This document shows, piece by piece, positions 30,789 through 45,948 of a stretch of DNA of 64,000 nt (the first letter of the stretch is position 1; each line of letters begins with the position of its first letter). The stretch spans positions 1,488,001 through 1,552,000 of the forward strand of contig NOWV01000003.1 in the NCBI GenBank assembly GCA_003344405.1, in the 5' to 3' direction. Source of the DNA: Trichoplax sp. H2. Its lineage: Eukaryota. Under the pieces are notes generated by a model. The model searched no databases and was not told where the DNA came from. It saw only the letters and a list, made by a program, of their open reading frames with translations. Made by a program: the position numbers and the translations under genes.

Positions 30789-33700
30789 ATGGCAACCGCG
30801 GACAAAACTGATCCAATCGTTAATAAGGAACAATCCTCAATTCATAAAGATGGAGAAATTCCTAGCGAAGACCTACGTAGAGGAATAGAGCAATTAGTTG
30901 AACGTTTGACTGTTATCATGAATGAAACCCGTTCAATTTCAGCTACGGAAGATATACTGTTGAATTTAGAAAGCACGGATGAGAATTTCCATAAGTAAAT
31001 TCATACACTGTATACAAACAACTTATTCATACACTTATATGTTACGTATGGATAAACATGTACTAGTACAGTATACACCCTACAGTATTGTTATTGAATA
31101 GAAGATAATGACTGAAGCCTATGGTAAAGTTAGTAAATTTATCTAGATTAAAATAAAATATGTTTTATTTATTTTACTTGATTTTGCTAGATATGAGTTA
31201 GTTAAACTATTACGGAGGAAGATTGAGACACAACTGGGTCCACTTATTGATGATGAGTTAGATCGGATTAGCCTAAGTAAAGAAGCACAACAAGATCATA
31301 TATCGAATCTATGCAATAAAATCTTATCTTCTCAAGAGTTAGTAGCACTCAATATTTACTATCGTTGTTGTTGCATACAATCACTCAAAAATCATCAAAA
31401 TTTTTACCATGCAGATTTTCAAATTTCTCTCATTCACTCCATTACGAAATAAAAACTATTATAGATGATTTGGTATGGGATTGGATATTACAGAAGAGTA
31501 CTTTGAGATATTTAATCTTTCTAAAAAGACTAATAACATTATAGATTACTCTACGAAATAATTTTTGTACTGATTGCGAGCATAAAATGACGTAGCTACT
31601 TCATATTTTGGGATTTAGGTGCAGAATTATCATGACGACATTCACTATCACACCAATCAAATGGAAGGTATAAAAACTAAGTCTGGAATTATAAAAGACG
31701 AGATTATTTTTTTAAATAGTAGTTCAGAAGACGACAGCGAATATTCTTCGGTATGGCAATTAATAATGATAATGATAAATATTCGTAACTTACTCCTTAA
31801 TTAACAAACCAAATTATACCCTAAGTAACAAAAACTACCGATTAATTATATTTTTATATCGGGCTGGGATTTCATTGCAATAAACAATTGCTATCATGAA
31901 AATTTTACTAGACCGAGGACTTTTTTTTCACATCTCAAAAGAAGCTCAATTCGATTGCAAAGAACTTAGGTAAAGAAAATACTAAAGAGGTATGTCTATA
32001 GGCTATTACTGTAAGACCATTTCCTATCATTTTGCATATATATTATTAAGTTATTGAACTAGTAAAATGATATTTTAGCTTCCATCCAGCAACTTTACTT
32101 CCTCATGACAGTTAGTATGTTATTACTTTGACCGGTCGTCTCATGTTTCTCATTTAGGATCGCCTTCGCGCAGTTAGAGCATTATCTAATATGCCAGAAT
32201 CGGATATTATAAGTGGAGATTTTTGGTCAATACTATTTGAGAATTTAACAACTATATTATCGGATGACGATAGAGAAATAGCTGTGAGTTACCATGCTTT
32301 AGTATGATAATAGAAGTGAAATTAATATTTATACTATTGAATATTATTTCTCAAATTACAATATAGTTTTATAAGCAAAAACTTATATGATTATCAAGTT
32401 TTAAGCGTTACTTGAGAAACAAAATATCAAATACTCTTGTATTAGTTCTATGCAAGCTAAAATTAAATTTATTCAGAGATTCTATTATATATTCGTATAT
32501 ACTGTGTTACTGTGATACATAATACTCCAACGCATGACATATAACCTAAAGAAAGCATGTTCTATTTCTTTGTATAAAAACTAATTTGCCGATATTATTT
32601 ATATCGTACACTGAAGGAATCAGGTCTTTGCTTTCTGGAATCTGTACTGTCATCCTCTGACTACTTACTTACAACTCATATCTATAGTACTTTAGGTAAG
32701 TTAATTAAGTAGCATTATTTCCTGTTGTATCACCATCACAACCAGATTGCCTGGCTGTAGTCTAATTGCTATAAATAAAAACGATTATGGATAACTTTAT
32801 AGAGCTGAACAATTTTAATACTGATATGCAGTTTTTATACAGTCTTGGATATTATCAACCCTACTACAGAAGTAACGGAACATAAATATATGCAGTATTT
32901 CATTGATTGTAGCATAAAATTTTTCTGCATTTTTAGTGCTCCACATCACTTAAATATCAATTAACGCCAATTTCTAATCGAAATTCATTCAGTCAAATCA
33001 TTATATTGTAATCATCTAATCAATGATAGAATAAAATCTAAAGTTACTGCTTGTATCCCAGATCAAAATATAAATATCAATCGATGCTAACTTTAATTTA
33101 AATACTGTTAATTATGTAATATGTGCCCTTACATTTTACAGTAAATTATTTACAAAGCTTCTTCGCTGACCCTGATAATAAAAAATACAGTCAAGAAGTT
33201 TTCGACATAAACCAAACTCAATTCAATCATTTGTTGAAAGGGGTAAGTATACTAAATTGAAGAATTGGCTCTGCAACCGAATGATAACCTCTTACATGAA
33301 ATTTCTTCATATACTTTTTATTAACTCAGATGCGACTAATGAATTTATTCCTGCGCGATATGGCACCTTACCTAGTTCGCTATTCAGAGAAGTATGCTAT
33401 AGTCTCAAATCCATTTAAATTTAATATCCTAATATGATTCTAGTGAAATATTAAGATTTCTGTGAAAGCATATTTCGTTTTGCTATCTCACGGAGCGAAT
33501 AAATTATCCTATGCAGATCAGTATAATTGTCATTATTTAATGATCTCACGGAACTTAATCCAAATTAACATTAAAATTGATCTTTTACAACAGCAAAATC
33601 AATCTTCTTTAAATACTATTTTACGCAGTAAATTAGCCAATACCCATCCTTTACCAATATAATAGTAATTACTTATTAATTTAATAATTAAAGCAAAAAC

Positions 33701-36700
33701 TTTATACCAATTACAGCCTATTCCTCAAATTATGTAAATCAATAATGCTATATCTGGTATAAATGAGATATAGTTTCATGCTTCTAGCATCCTGCCAGCT
33801 CATAATACTGCCATCCACAGTATTAGCTTTAGCTCTTAATGATACTAAATCTCGAAGAAATCTTAATGAGATACAGAATATAATTATTACTGGATGAGCT
33901 CTTTCAGTCCCTTCTTATTTAAATCCCATAATATTGCATAATTTAAATAAATCATATGATGATTCTTAAAATATTTTATCTCCTTCAGATTTATTGTTAC
34001 CATTATAGAATCAACCCTAAAATTAATGAATATCTCAACCAGCACTGTACAAATAGGGTCTATTAAAGTTACACCTATGTACTTAATTGGACTAATTGAT
34101 CCCAATGCTATTTGGTTAGACAGAATTACGGTAAGGTGGAATTGTTATAATGGTTAAAGGAAGACTTGTGATACCGTAGGTCGTATGAAACATCGATATT
34201 AAAAAACTTAATATACTCAAATTATAATGTAAGTGAAAAAGGATTTCCTTCTATTCGTTGCAAAATTCTCTAGCAAGGTCACTATACCCGAGAACGCATT
34301 TATAAATACGAAACTGAATGTAAAGCAATGGTAAAACAAATATCTCCAGTAATCTAGTGGCAATAAATTGACACCGCAACAGTTGTAGCAAAGCTATATC
34401 TTTTGCATCTTTATAATGAAATGTATCAATATTAATATACCGTTATTAATATATTATTACAGATAGTATTAGCTATTTCCAAATGTTTTCGTGTCATTAA
34501 TGATTTCGACCAAGAAATAATCATTGCGAATACCAAAGAAGAAAGCGATCAAATGGCCCAAGGTAAAACAAATGGAACCACCATACAGATTTCCATAGCA
34601 TGTAAATCGTCTTCATTTGTAGGAGCAAAACTATCACAGAATAGAAACCTCCATTCCGTCATCGTAGATATGTTTGAGAATGCTGTTATGAAAATCATTA
34701 TTATCATTTTTCTTGTATTCATTGCCTGCTAGAATTCTTAGCCATAATCCGAAGGAATTATCATTTATACGGGCACTTTTTAGTAAAATTACTCAATTTT
34801 CTTAAGCTGTAATAGAATCCCAAGTAAATTTGTTTCAGATTTTTATCTTAGTACAACTTCAAAGATTACCCTTTGAACCTGCTTAGGCCAATATCAGAAC
34901 GATTGCTAACAACAGAAATTAATTACATATTCTAGATGGCTTTCACAAATCTCATCTATCTTTACTAACAATATTGAGTTTATTACATCTTTTCGATAAA
35001 TATTTTGCACTAACGGTACCTCAGGCGATTTTATTATCATAAAATTCTTAATTATTAATTTTTATGATGGATAACTACTCCTTTGAATTTGCACAATTAA
35101 CGTCCCTAAACGGGTGCAATAGTTATTATTAACTATACAAAACTCTTTTAACTTTGACTTCAACTGTGATGAACTAATACACAAGCAGATTCTTATTTAC
35201 GCCTATTAATAATATCGATACTACGTTAATTTCTTTACTGCTACTTTAGATTATGGAATATTATCGAATTAGGCTAAGCTTTTACCGTTAATGAAATGAA
35301 AGCCATTTAAACTTATTCACTTATATTAAATTATAATTTTAAATGACGAGACATTATTCAGTTGAAGTTATTACAATCAGCACTATTAGATCGTTCATAT
35401 TCCAGTAGATTTAATATACTTAAAGAAAAATATCTGTTTACCAACTGTTCTCGTTAAATTTTATCTACAATTAGCTGCTTACACCTACACCGATGAAAAT
35501 CTTCAATACTGTGGCTTCTTCTACAGTCTTAATGTCCTTGGAAATTTCATTTACTATAAAGGTGGCAGACAACTTTTCCCAATTCAACTGCCAAATATTG
35601 ACGGTGAGCTGCTTATCATGGTACTTTCAGTTTTAACTATATACAAATGCCATAAACCAGAATTATTTCGATAGATATCGTTGTAAAGCCGTCCCTAAAT
35701 ATATACTGTAGACTTGGTTAAATATAACATAGAATACAATCATTTGATCTCTTTTTTATCATATGGATAGACTTCAACGTTGAAGATTTGCTAGTCTATA
35801 TGATTAAACTTATGATGGCATTTTCGAAGACCTCTATATCAATAGAAGGTAAGCGTTACCCAAGTAAACAATGTTTCTCCCTGTTATACTATTCTCACTT
35901 TAGATTCAATTCCTGTTGTTCTAACTTGTATTACATAATATTATGACGGTTTCTCTGATCATGGTGTAGATAAACTCAACCCTGCTAGTGTTGTACTGAG
36001 AATTCTTCGACGGCTTATTGCTAATACCATTACATGTCAACAGTGCATCTGTAAGGTAAAGTTACCCTCTGCCATTAACTCCCTACTACTATGATCACAT
36101 GAGGTTCAATAAAACTAAAAATATTAAAGCCGTAACAGCAATCACACTGTATACTTCTTATGGACATTCGCAATTAATGGATATTCACTACGAGTATTAA
36201 CGAAAGATAATTTATTCCCCGGATCATAATAGGAACGATTAATCAATGTATTACTTTCTCCAATAACTTCAATCCTGGAAACAGGCAATGTAAGCAGTTG
36301 CTCTGTTGCTTCCTGATGTCTTGATTTATAGTAACATTAATCAATCAAATTATCGTTTTCAATATGCGTTTATAATTCGTGATTAGGACATGAAAGGATT
36401 CATAGATAACACTTTTGTATATGTAATTGAAATTTTAATGGCACTTTCCGCCTCGAGTCCTGGTTTCGAATTCTTGATTAAGTGCGTATAACCTAAATAA
36501 TTAACATTGGTCTTATAATGTACGGTACAGGAAAGAGTCCGTACTTCTTCTTAAAGAGCTTCATATTTATAAATCTACTTTTTACTTGTTATATTGACGA
36601 TGAATAAGATGTGAAACGTAATAGCTAATCTTTCATTTTCTTTATTAAATTATATCTGAATTTAAAAAACGTATCATTACTCTATCTTGGTGCAGTTGGA

Positions 36701-39700
36701 AAGTTCCTATCCGTATCTTGGTTCAATTTACAAAAGAATTATTAAAGCCAGATAAATCAGCACAAAAATGGCCTCCTAAATACGTAGTAAAAATTATGAC
36801 ATTTTTTCGACATTTATACCAAACGTGTATTGGTTTCTCGCTGTTGGAGGAGCTAGATTCACATGATACTCTGTTAAACTTTCCATGTAAGGTAAGATAA
36901 AGTAGTTTCCTATATACGAGTGTGATAAAAGAAGCTAAAAATTCGATAACTTCCAGTGTTTTACTGTATGTAAGTAAGTCTCTGTCACTTGTAATTCTCA
37001 TAGAGTCTCAAAGTGAAGCTCTTCCGAACTTATTTTATAGTCAGCAAGTGTCCATATTACATTCTTCTCCAAAATATAGAAATAGATTCTCTATACGTAT
37101 TGCAGAATAAGGAAAAACAGTTACTTCGTACTATCTTCTCATTCTAGAATTTTACAAGGACATTCAAAGAGTTAAATTGAAAAATATTAACGTTGCTAGT
37201 AAAATATTAGAGTATATATACTAACAATGTAGAAAAGGAAAAATTTTTGTCTAAACTTGGATCTTGTATCGTAAAACACCATAGTAATGATAACATCTCT
37301 GTGAAAGTAAAACAATTTTACAAGACCGATATACTAATTCATTCACCTCGTATAGAATGCACGAATTCACTGTAGAATCACTCAATACGTAATTAGAACC
37401 ATATTAAGCCTTTACGATATGTTTCAATGTAATTAATTAAAAAAATAATAGTAATTAGCTGGCAAAGTGGCAGTATGCCTCATTGAAAACTCATTATAGA
37501 ATCAATTCGATCTATAAATGGCACTAAGGGCCAATTTTGCCTCATTAATAGGTTAAAGACCTTAGTTCTACAGCTACGTCATCGTCAAATCTTGACAGTC
37601 AGCTTGTTAATTGGGACCCAAGGTATGATAATGTGTCCGTATATTAATATATATTATTAGAAATAGAATGATCCTGAAATACTCGTATACGATTATTTCG
37701 TCATTTTATCAACTCTTCTCTCTGGGACCTTCAAGGTTATTATGGCAGCTTATCGATTGTATTACATACTATGCTATGACACCCAAGGTAAGCTATGCCA
37801 ATCTATAAGTCGATAAGCAATCGCTAATTAAAGAAAAATCATAAATATAATTCACGAACTATATAATGATTACACATTAGGGTGTTTTAAAATTGGAATC
37901 ACACGATGCACTGGTCGACTGCGTAAATCATATCTACTACATTTGTTATCAAGATATTCAGGTTAGGGAAACCTAAGATATAATCAGATGTAGTCTTTCC
38001 ATATTGATATTAAATTTTCAAAATCTTAACTGTAATGTAATTCACTTGTTACTAGATTTTAGAACATGAAAAGTTGCCATACTATATTATCCTAACAAAT
38101 ATCACATCCACACCACCTGGAATAAATGCTTTACTAAAGACAGGTAATAGAAAGATGTTGCAAAAAACGCAGCGTATGAATTTTTATGTTATACGAGTAT
38201 ATCTAATATAATGATAAAATATGTGAACTTCTTAAATCTTTAGTATTACTAAAATCTTGCATTTAGATTATATGAAATATTTGGCTAGTGATATTTGGTC
38301 TGCCTTTGAAGCTCAACGGCCTGATGATTTCTTTATTATACCGCAAACATTTTTATATTTACCTGGTGATCCAATGGATAAGAAAACCTACGATGTATGA
38401 TAAAACGGTTATTGATTCTTGTACCAACTTATAACTTATAGAAAATTTAACTCATATTAAGCTCTATAGCATATTAAATTTAATGCATTTATATTTTCCA
38501 TGTACAATCACATGTAGGTATTTATAGCAATTATTAGACTACTGTCATCATTTCCGGCAGTATACGAAATTCTTTTAAAGGAAACGTTATCACGTGAAGA
38601 ATCCCTGATTCCAGTGGAAACACTTGAAGTAATAGTTCTTTTAATACAATGACTGTAAAATGGCCATTTCTTTTCATTTCTAATTAATGTAAACCAACTT
38701 TCTAATAGGATATTATCCAGCGAATGATTCTCATCGATATTGAAGAACAGACTTTTGCTGAATGTGATTATTCTCAGTGGCATTTATTTGGACTACGGTA
38801 TCATATTAGAGATAGAATCATTAATTGATAGGAAAGTGCTTTAAGATAAAATATTTTTATGCTGTTTATTCGAAATCTTGCTTCCTAGTATGCATTATTA
38901 TTGATGATAATATTGAATGCTGGATAGTCATAACTTAGTAATTAATTATGGAATATGTATGGCATTTATGCGCAAGGTTGCTGGAAATTCTTACTACATG
39001 CCTTGATACTTATCTGTTCCTGGAATCGCGTTATGGGCTTCAAAAGTTTTTACTTGAGCGTCAGGAAATATGTAAAATTTGTGATAGGTAATACATTGTA
39101 GAATAGGTCAATTTTATAAAACAAACCCTATGTAACCCCACATATAATATAACTACTGGCTACTTTAAACTAAAAGTATTCTTAATCCAGATTTATCAAT
39201 AATTAGGATAAATACTGTTCTTGCTAAAACAATATTTCAACTAAGGACATAGCCAACATATTATTATTCTATACATATGCTTTAAAATCCTAGTACTACT
39301 TTTAGTTAGTAATTCTAGCAGAAAACTTTTAAATAAGACCCCTTATAGAGAAAATATTATTTAATACCTTAGTTATAGGGTGTTTAAGACCATAAAATGA
39401 AATTGCAATTTGAGGATTCGCGCAATATATAGTATACTGTACACGTTGTTAAGAGAATATTCTTTATTCTTTATTATGGATCTCATAAAATGCTCTAATA
39501 CTCAAGATTAATTAATTTAATCAATCTAAGATGAGAATTTTCTAAATACACAACTGTCATTTGTGATATTAAAATTATAATATTTAAACATTTTTACTCA
39601 TCTAATCAATATTTGAAAGAAGACGCTACAGCATTTTGATGTTATGATCAATCACTTTAGATTTGTCTTACTCATACCTAAATATTGTATATTAAATATT

Positions 39701-42587
39701 AGATAACTTAATAATAAGCTTATTAATACTAGTACAATTTTCAATGTCAAAATATCTATGATGGATTGTGAGTCTAATATTAGATAATTCTTTTATGATT
39801 TTCATTATGACATTGATGGACTCTAAGATAAAAATTTTGTGAATTGTTTCACTTGTTTTTGTTGCATCTTAAGATTCACATTAATCCTCATATCCATTAT
39901 TACTACCTGAAGTATTTTATTTTTATTCATATCAATGAAGTGACGAATTTATAGCTGATGTCCATTCTATTGAACGCAATCGGATTCTTGTCAGAATTAG
40001 CTCTATTGGTGGTCCCACAGAACGTCATCTTCCTACCAGAGATATCTCGGTTAACTTTATAGATATGAACATATTGTAGATCATCTCGAAAGAATTGTGG
40101 TCTCAGAATTTTCATTTATTATTCCTGTAATGTACTTGTTGCGTTCGAAACAATGATAGCGGATACGTACTTTCGTAATTTTAGAATCCTGAGGATCTAC
40201 CACCTCAATTTTCTTGTCTTCCGCTGCCATCATATTACTTACCAGATATGCAAAATCAAAAATCATCAGTTGCTACAGGTGAAAATCTATCGATGCCATT
40301 ATGTTTAATCAATATTTGGAGTAATGACAAAAAAATAACTTTTATGCTGTTAATTCCTGGCATGAAAAAACTACAGAAATTATAGAAGTAATCAGGTCGC
40401 AAGAGGAATTGAGTAGGTTAGTTGTACGCATTAGGAATTTCATACGACATTTTTAATAGTATGAAAAATTCGCAATCTTTTGCAAATTATCATCAAATGT
40501 GTTCTATAACTTAACTATTGATTTTGAACCGAATATAGTGAGGATTGGTTGAGAAATTGTAAAGACGCATTTTATCGCCTTATTACTTTGGAGCCTGAAA
40601 AATTGGTTGGAGCCGGTAATTGTTCATGTATATGATTTTTACCATTTTTACCTGCACTCTAATTGCTAATCTATGCCATTTAAAGGTTTATCTGATCTTT
40701 TATGCGCCGTTTGTGTTGTGTCAGAGAAACAGGAAGTTTATCTACCTAAAATAGGTATTAGCACTTCTTAATTGCCATATACTAGTAGGCAATGTTAGGG
40801 CATAAATTGTTACAACATTACTCACGATAACTTAAAAATAATGCTCAGTTGATACCAAGGTAATAGCAAAGTCTAGAATTAAGGTATAGTACTAATATAC
40901 TTTTTTCCATTGAAATCTTTCAGCCACAACAGATAGTGATTTGTCTCGGACACAAGCATTTGATCGTACGAATGATATGATATCGAAAGGGATTTATTTA
41001 GTCATAAAGTAATTACACTATATCATATACGAGCTCGTTAGTTATAAAAACTGACAATATTAAAGCTTAACTGTGCCATATACTAAAGCTATTAAAGATA
41101 TATTCTTAATTGATTTTACGTATTTATTAGCTACGGGCAGCGTCTTCATTTACTTGAAGAAACACCGAATAACTATTCAAATTTATCGAGCCTTTATCAT
41201 CGTTTTTATGATCACTTAAAAGGTTAGCATAGTTTAATTCATCTATTTATGGAATAATTTACCGTAACTATTCTTGCACTGTATTAACAATGGAATTTCG
41301 AATTAGTTGATTCGTCGAATAAGTACACAGGATTTGATTGGTTTGCTGCCACTGTATACTTAATGCTACGCGGTAATTCTGATTTAACATGGGACTTTCT
41401 ATGCCGATTTTCTACAACATTATCATCTTTATTTTTATGGATGCCACGTGTTTACGCGGTATGTATGCATTAATTAAAATGCTACAATCGTTACAGCAAT
41501 AATGGTCAATACTTCAAAACTATTAAATTATGCATTTTATGATGTGTTCAATCGGCACAATCCTGTATCTTATTATAGGGAGTGACTTCAAGTCCATTGC
41601 TTGATTCGGAAATTCATCCAACTTTTTCCATAATCTGCCACGAAATCGATCGCGTTTTACAAGTAAAAATATAATCGTCAAATTCGCTAAATTTCGTCTA
41701 GAGAAAGTAGCAGATATAAGTAGAAAAGTGATTTTATACGTTTCACAACCCTTAAAAGATTGTCTTAAATATCTTATAGCTTGAATTACCACTGGTTCAT
41801 TCTGCTTTTCTTATGGCTGGATATCCAGTGTCACAAGTATGACACTATTCAATGAAGAATTCTGAAATACATGATATAATGACATTTAGTATCAGACCTG
41901 CGTTATAATATATAGTGTTAAATGTAATAAGTTAACCTTTAATTTAATTTTATGCCACCAAAATCTTAATTTATTTCATCATGGGTCTTTTTCTAATTTT
42001 AGATTTGCCAACATTGGCTAAGACAAATGTTTTGGAATTTCTTAGATTGGCAGGAAATTTGCTACTATCTATCGATATGTATTATTTTAGGTGCTGATTA
42101 TCAGGTTAGTATGATAGTTTAGATAATTACGGTATACGATAGTTAAGGTTAAGACCAATACACCTACAGTATAACCATCCTGCGGAATCTTTCAAACACT
42201 CTATTGTTGCAAACACTGCTATGATATCACCATTAAATGTTATGGCGGATGAATGTATTTGTCTAGGTATACTTTTGTATATCGATACTTCGTCATCTTC
42301 AAGATAACATCATAGAACAAACACAAAATAGAACATTGATCCCGTTCTTAAAAGTAACTAATAGAAATAAAGCATCATTAAGATTTATATAAATTAATAG
42401 TATTATTTGTAATAAGCAATATTAAGGTATATTGATTGTTTGCATTTTGTATTGCATGAAGGGAGAGCCAATTCGAAATTTTACCATTAATAATTATATA
42501 GCGAGCATGAAGGAAATGGAAATTAAGTATCGAACGTCGATCATGACAAGGTTAATAGAATTTTCTAAAATTATCTTAGCAAAGTAA
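30789..42587 (+). CDS. TBC1D32: Protein broad-minded (BROMI), ciliary/Hedgehog regulator; many small exons
   Basis: [39 protein letters not shown] at the N-terminus; [98 protein letters not shown] at the C-terminus; stop at 42585-42587. An alternative upstream in-frame ATG is at 30771. Internal exon boundaries not all resolved. Confidence 0.9.
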
Positions 42588-44724
42588 TGCTCATATTACA
42601 TTTTAAAAGCTGTTTTATAGTGAATGAATATATTTAAGTTTGATTTTTATTACGGTTTTATTTATTATTTGTTATTAAGAATGACAAATTATATTTCTGC
42701 CAATATGCTCAAAGAATAGAATTCTTTATACCTAAATTATTTTGATAATAGAATTTTTTTCTCTCGGTGGTAATACCGCTTAGCCAATCAAGCCTACAAT
42801 AATTACAATTATATATGTGAAAATCTTTTTATAAAATACTATAATTACTATACTTTAACACTGGCACTGTGTTGCAATATAAAATAATTTAGAATATGTA
42901 AAAGGTTTATTATCCTCTTGATTTAGATAAATGAATTTATATACTTTTACTTAGAATTATACCATTGACACGATACTGTATCGTTCCGGGACATACTTTT
43001 AAAATAGATTTTATAGATAAAAAAGGATAACTATGCAAAACAATAGCTAGACGATTGAATGATTTCACAAGTAAATTTCATGATCTTTTATGTCTAAACT
43101 TATCTATTTATTTAGATTTATTAGCATCGATTCATCAATCGTGCAATTTATACGCGTATATGACATACTGTTATATATTGTAATGTATTAAGGCCAGCCG
43201 TTATTGCTAAATTTTAAGCTGGTTACGAAGCTATAAATTCTATGAAATTATCAGCAGATTATCATGTTTTTAGCTATGTATTACAGTGTAAGAAGATTTG
43301 CATAATATTACTGATTTCAATGACACATACTTTGGATGAGCTTAATATCTTAATTTGGTACTTTTGTACTAAAAAAGTTGATTTCAACAACAGTTGTATG
43401 ACTTGATTCAATAAAATTTTGAGATTATCATACGGAATTCTATTAAAGCTTCGAATGGGTACTGTCAATATTGATGTATTTTAATTTAATGGCTTGTTGC
43501 GAAGGTTGTTAAGTGATTTAATTTTCAAGCGAGCTGAATGTTACTGACAACCTCCATTTGATTGCCATAAATAAATACGTGTATTCGAATAGCTGATAAG
43601 AGTATATTTGCCATGGTGATACGTTATCATCTATTATACTTATAATAATACTAATTGGTATCCAATTTAATGTTGTATATCAACATGACAGAACTGCCGG
43701 AATAGTCAATAGTGGGTTCTACAAGTACCGTTCTCCCATAGTTCGATGGAAAGGAGGGTGCATGAGATGTAACTGCTGATTATATAGTACGAATGATGAG
43801 CCTATTAAAAGCGTTGTCTTTTTACTGTACAGTAGTATGGAGTAGTTACCGCAGCTGCCTTAAATTCAATTTTAATATAACTATTAAGTTAACTTATTAG
43901 GAGGTAGTCTGTATATCTGGTATTCATTCGAAAGAAACAACAATGACTGCACGGCAAATTCTTTTCAGATCATTGAACTACAGTATGTTGCAAGAAATGT
44001 TTATTCTGAGCTACTGTTGTTTGTATCTACATATACGTTGATAGCTGTGATTGATTTTTGATGTCCCTGCTTCACGGTTTAGCGCATAATTTGACTAATG
44101 GCTTCTACAGTAATGTATACTTGATGATAATCAAGAAATTGAAATTTTAGAACATTACTGATGTGAGCGTAGCGAGCGGGGGCAGCTGCTAGTAAATCAC
44201 CTAACAACTGGAAAATGTCGGTGTAGTGAGATGTTCTACTAATATTAATATTATACGTGCTATGGTACTGAATATGTATTCTGTATAGTCAGTATGATGA
44301 AGGTTATTTATTGAAGTGGATGAAATGTAATTCAATGATAATATTCTCGGTTCTGGTTGGGTATTAGTGATTGTAATAACTACATGTGCTGTCGATAATG
44401 TTACGTATTGGTACGTGTAATCCTGTGTGTTTTACGATGTACAGTACGCTATAATAAGGATATAACGAGAACCGGGAACATTCTATAAGTTGAATTGCGT
44501 GAGACATTCCTGGCAATAAAGGTCTAAAACATGCCACGCGGTGCAATTTTGCAATTTCCTGCTTGGCATGATGACAACATCATCAGCTACAGTTTGGAAT
44601 CTGACTAGGAAGCAAGTGGATACAGCAAGCCCATACAGGTCTCCCAGTCACAGCACATCACAGCACATCCAATTCGTCATTGCCGTATTACTGCGATTTT
44701 ATTGATGCTAGACTACATTTCGTA

Positions 44725-45155
44725 GTACTACAGTATATGTCCACTGCAGTACTGTACTGTACACTACTGTAAACTGTACAGTCTACAGTCTACAGTACGG
44801 TGCAGAAATGCAACAGAAGGTACTGTACTGTACTGTACAGTACAGTAAAACTTCAAATCTTACAGTACTGTTCACTAAGTGTTCAGTACTGTACAGTAAT
44901 CCATTCCATTTGCAAAATTAAATACTGTAATTGCTATACTGTACAGTATACTGTACCGTATGCAATACTACATATGCGGTAAGCACGGGTACGGTATACA
45001 GTGTACAGTACAATACAATACTGTACTGTACTTTTTCCTCTTAAATGCATTACTGTAATTGTACAGTATAAAATAAATAAAATTGAAATTGAAAAGCCTA
45101 AAAAGTCTAGACCATACTAGAAAGTAGATACTGAGTTTTGTTGTACTGTACAGTA
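44725..45155. repeat. CAGTA/CTGTA array in the TBC1D32-TOP1 intergenic region
   Basis: For example tactgtactgtactgtacagtacagta (44821-44847) and tactgtacagtatactgtaccgta (44937-44960). Confidence 0.9.
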
Positions 45156-45442
45156 AATTGAAGTCATTGATAATTCTACAAATAATCCAATTTTAATTTC
45201 TATCGGCTAGATAGAGTACACCGATCGAAAGATTGCAGCCTACTGTATGCATAACATATACGCGTATCGATTGTTATATAACAAACTCTTACAACGCTGT
45301 AGCCTAGAGACCCTACTTTAGAGACTCTCCATGGGTCTCCACTCTCTCGTGTAGCCCTATATTAAAGGTGTGAGTTTCAATTCGAATAAAAAATCGTACT
45401 AAACATTGAGCACTGTAGCTTGTGCCGTGCCGTGCTGCCATC

Positions 45443-45948
45443 AGCACTTGGCGGTTTTATCTTGCCTTTATCAAAGTGGTTAATTAATTTAACGAATCTA
45501 AACTTTACTTGATATCAAAGCAAAGCGCTTGCCTGTCAATGACAGAAGTGGTTTTGTGTGCTAAGGAGTACAGTATGGATGGAATGGAACAAGATGAAGA
45601 TAGAATAACCAAATACCTTAATAATAATAATAATAATAATAACTAACTAAAAAGAATAGATTTCTAGCTTACAGTATAGTGTACAGTGTACAGTACAGTA
45701 TTATACAGTATATGTACTGTACGGTTTTCTTCGTACAGTACTGTATTGTGCTGTACACATACTGTACAGTACTGCACTGTAAGCACTTGGCGCTTTTGGC
45801 TTGCCTTTATCCAAATTTGTTAACGAATCTAAACTTCACTTGGTATCAAAGCAAAGCGCTTACCTGTCAATTAGTGGCTTTGCGTGCCATGGATAACGGA
45901 ATAGGCGATCCAAAGAAGGTAAAGAAATAACTAAGAATAGATTTCTAG
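45443..45948. repeat. Diverged direct duplication (45443-45667 and 45782-45948) separated by a CAGTA/CTGTA-rich block; copy 1 contains (TAA)8 at 45619-45642
   Basis: Shared agcacttggcg...cttgcctttatc...ttaacgaatctaaactt...tatcaaagcaaagcgctt.cctgtcaat...aagaatagatttctag. Confidence 0.88.

Noticed and set aside
44120..44610. C/D-box snoRNA candidates (TGATGA...CTGA) and a 7SK-like GGATGTG on the minus strand
   Set aside because: Box spacing is too short, there is no terminal stem or recognisable rRNA guide, and the short motifs are expected by chance.
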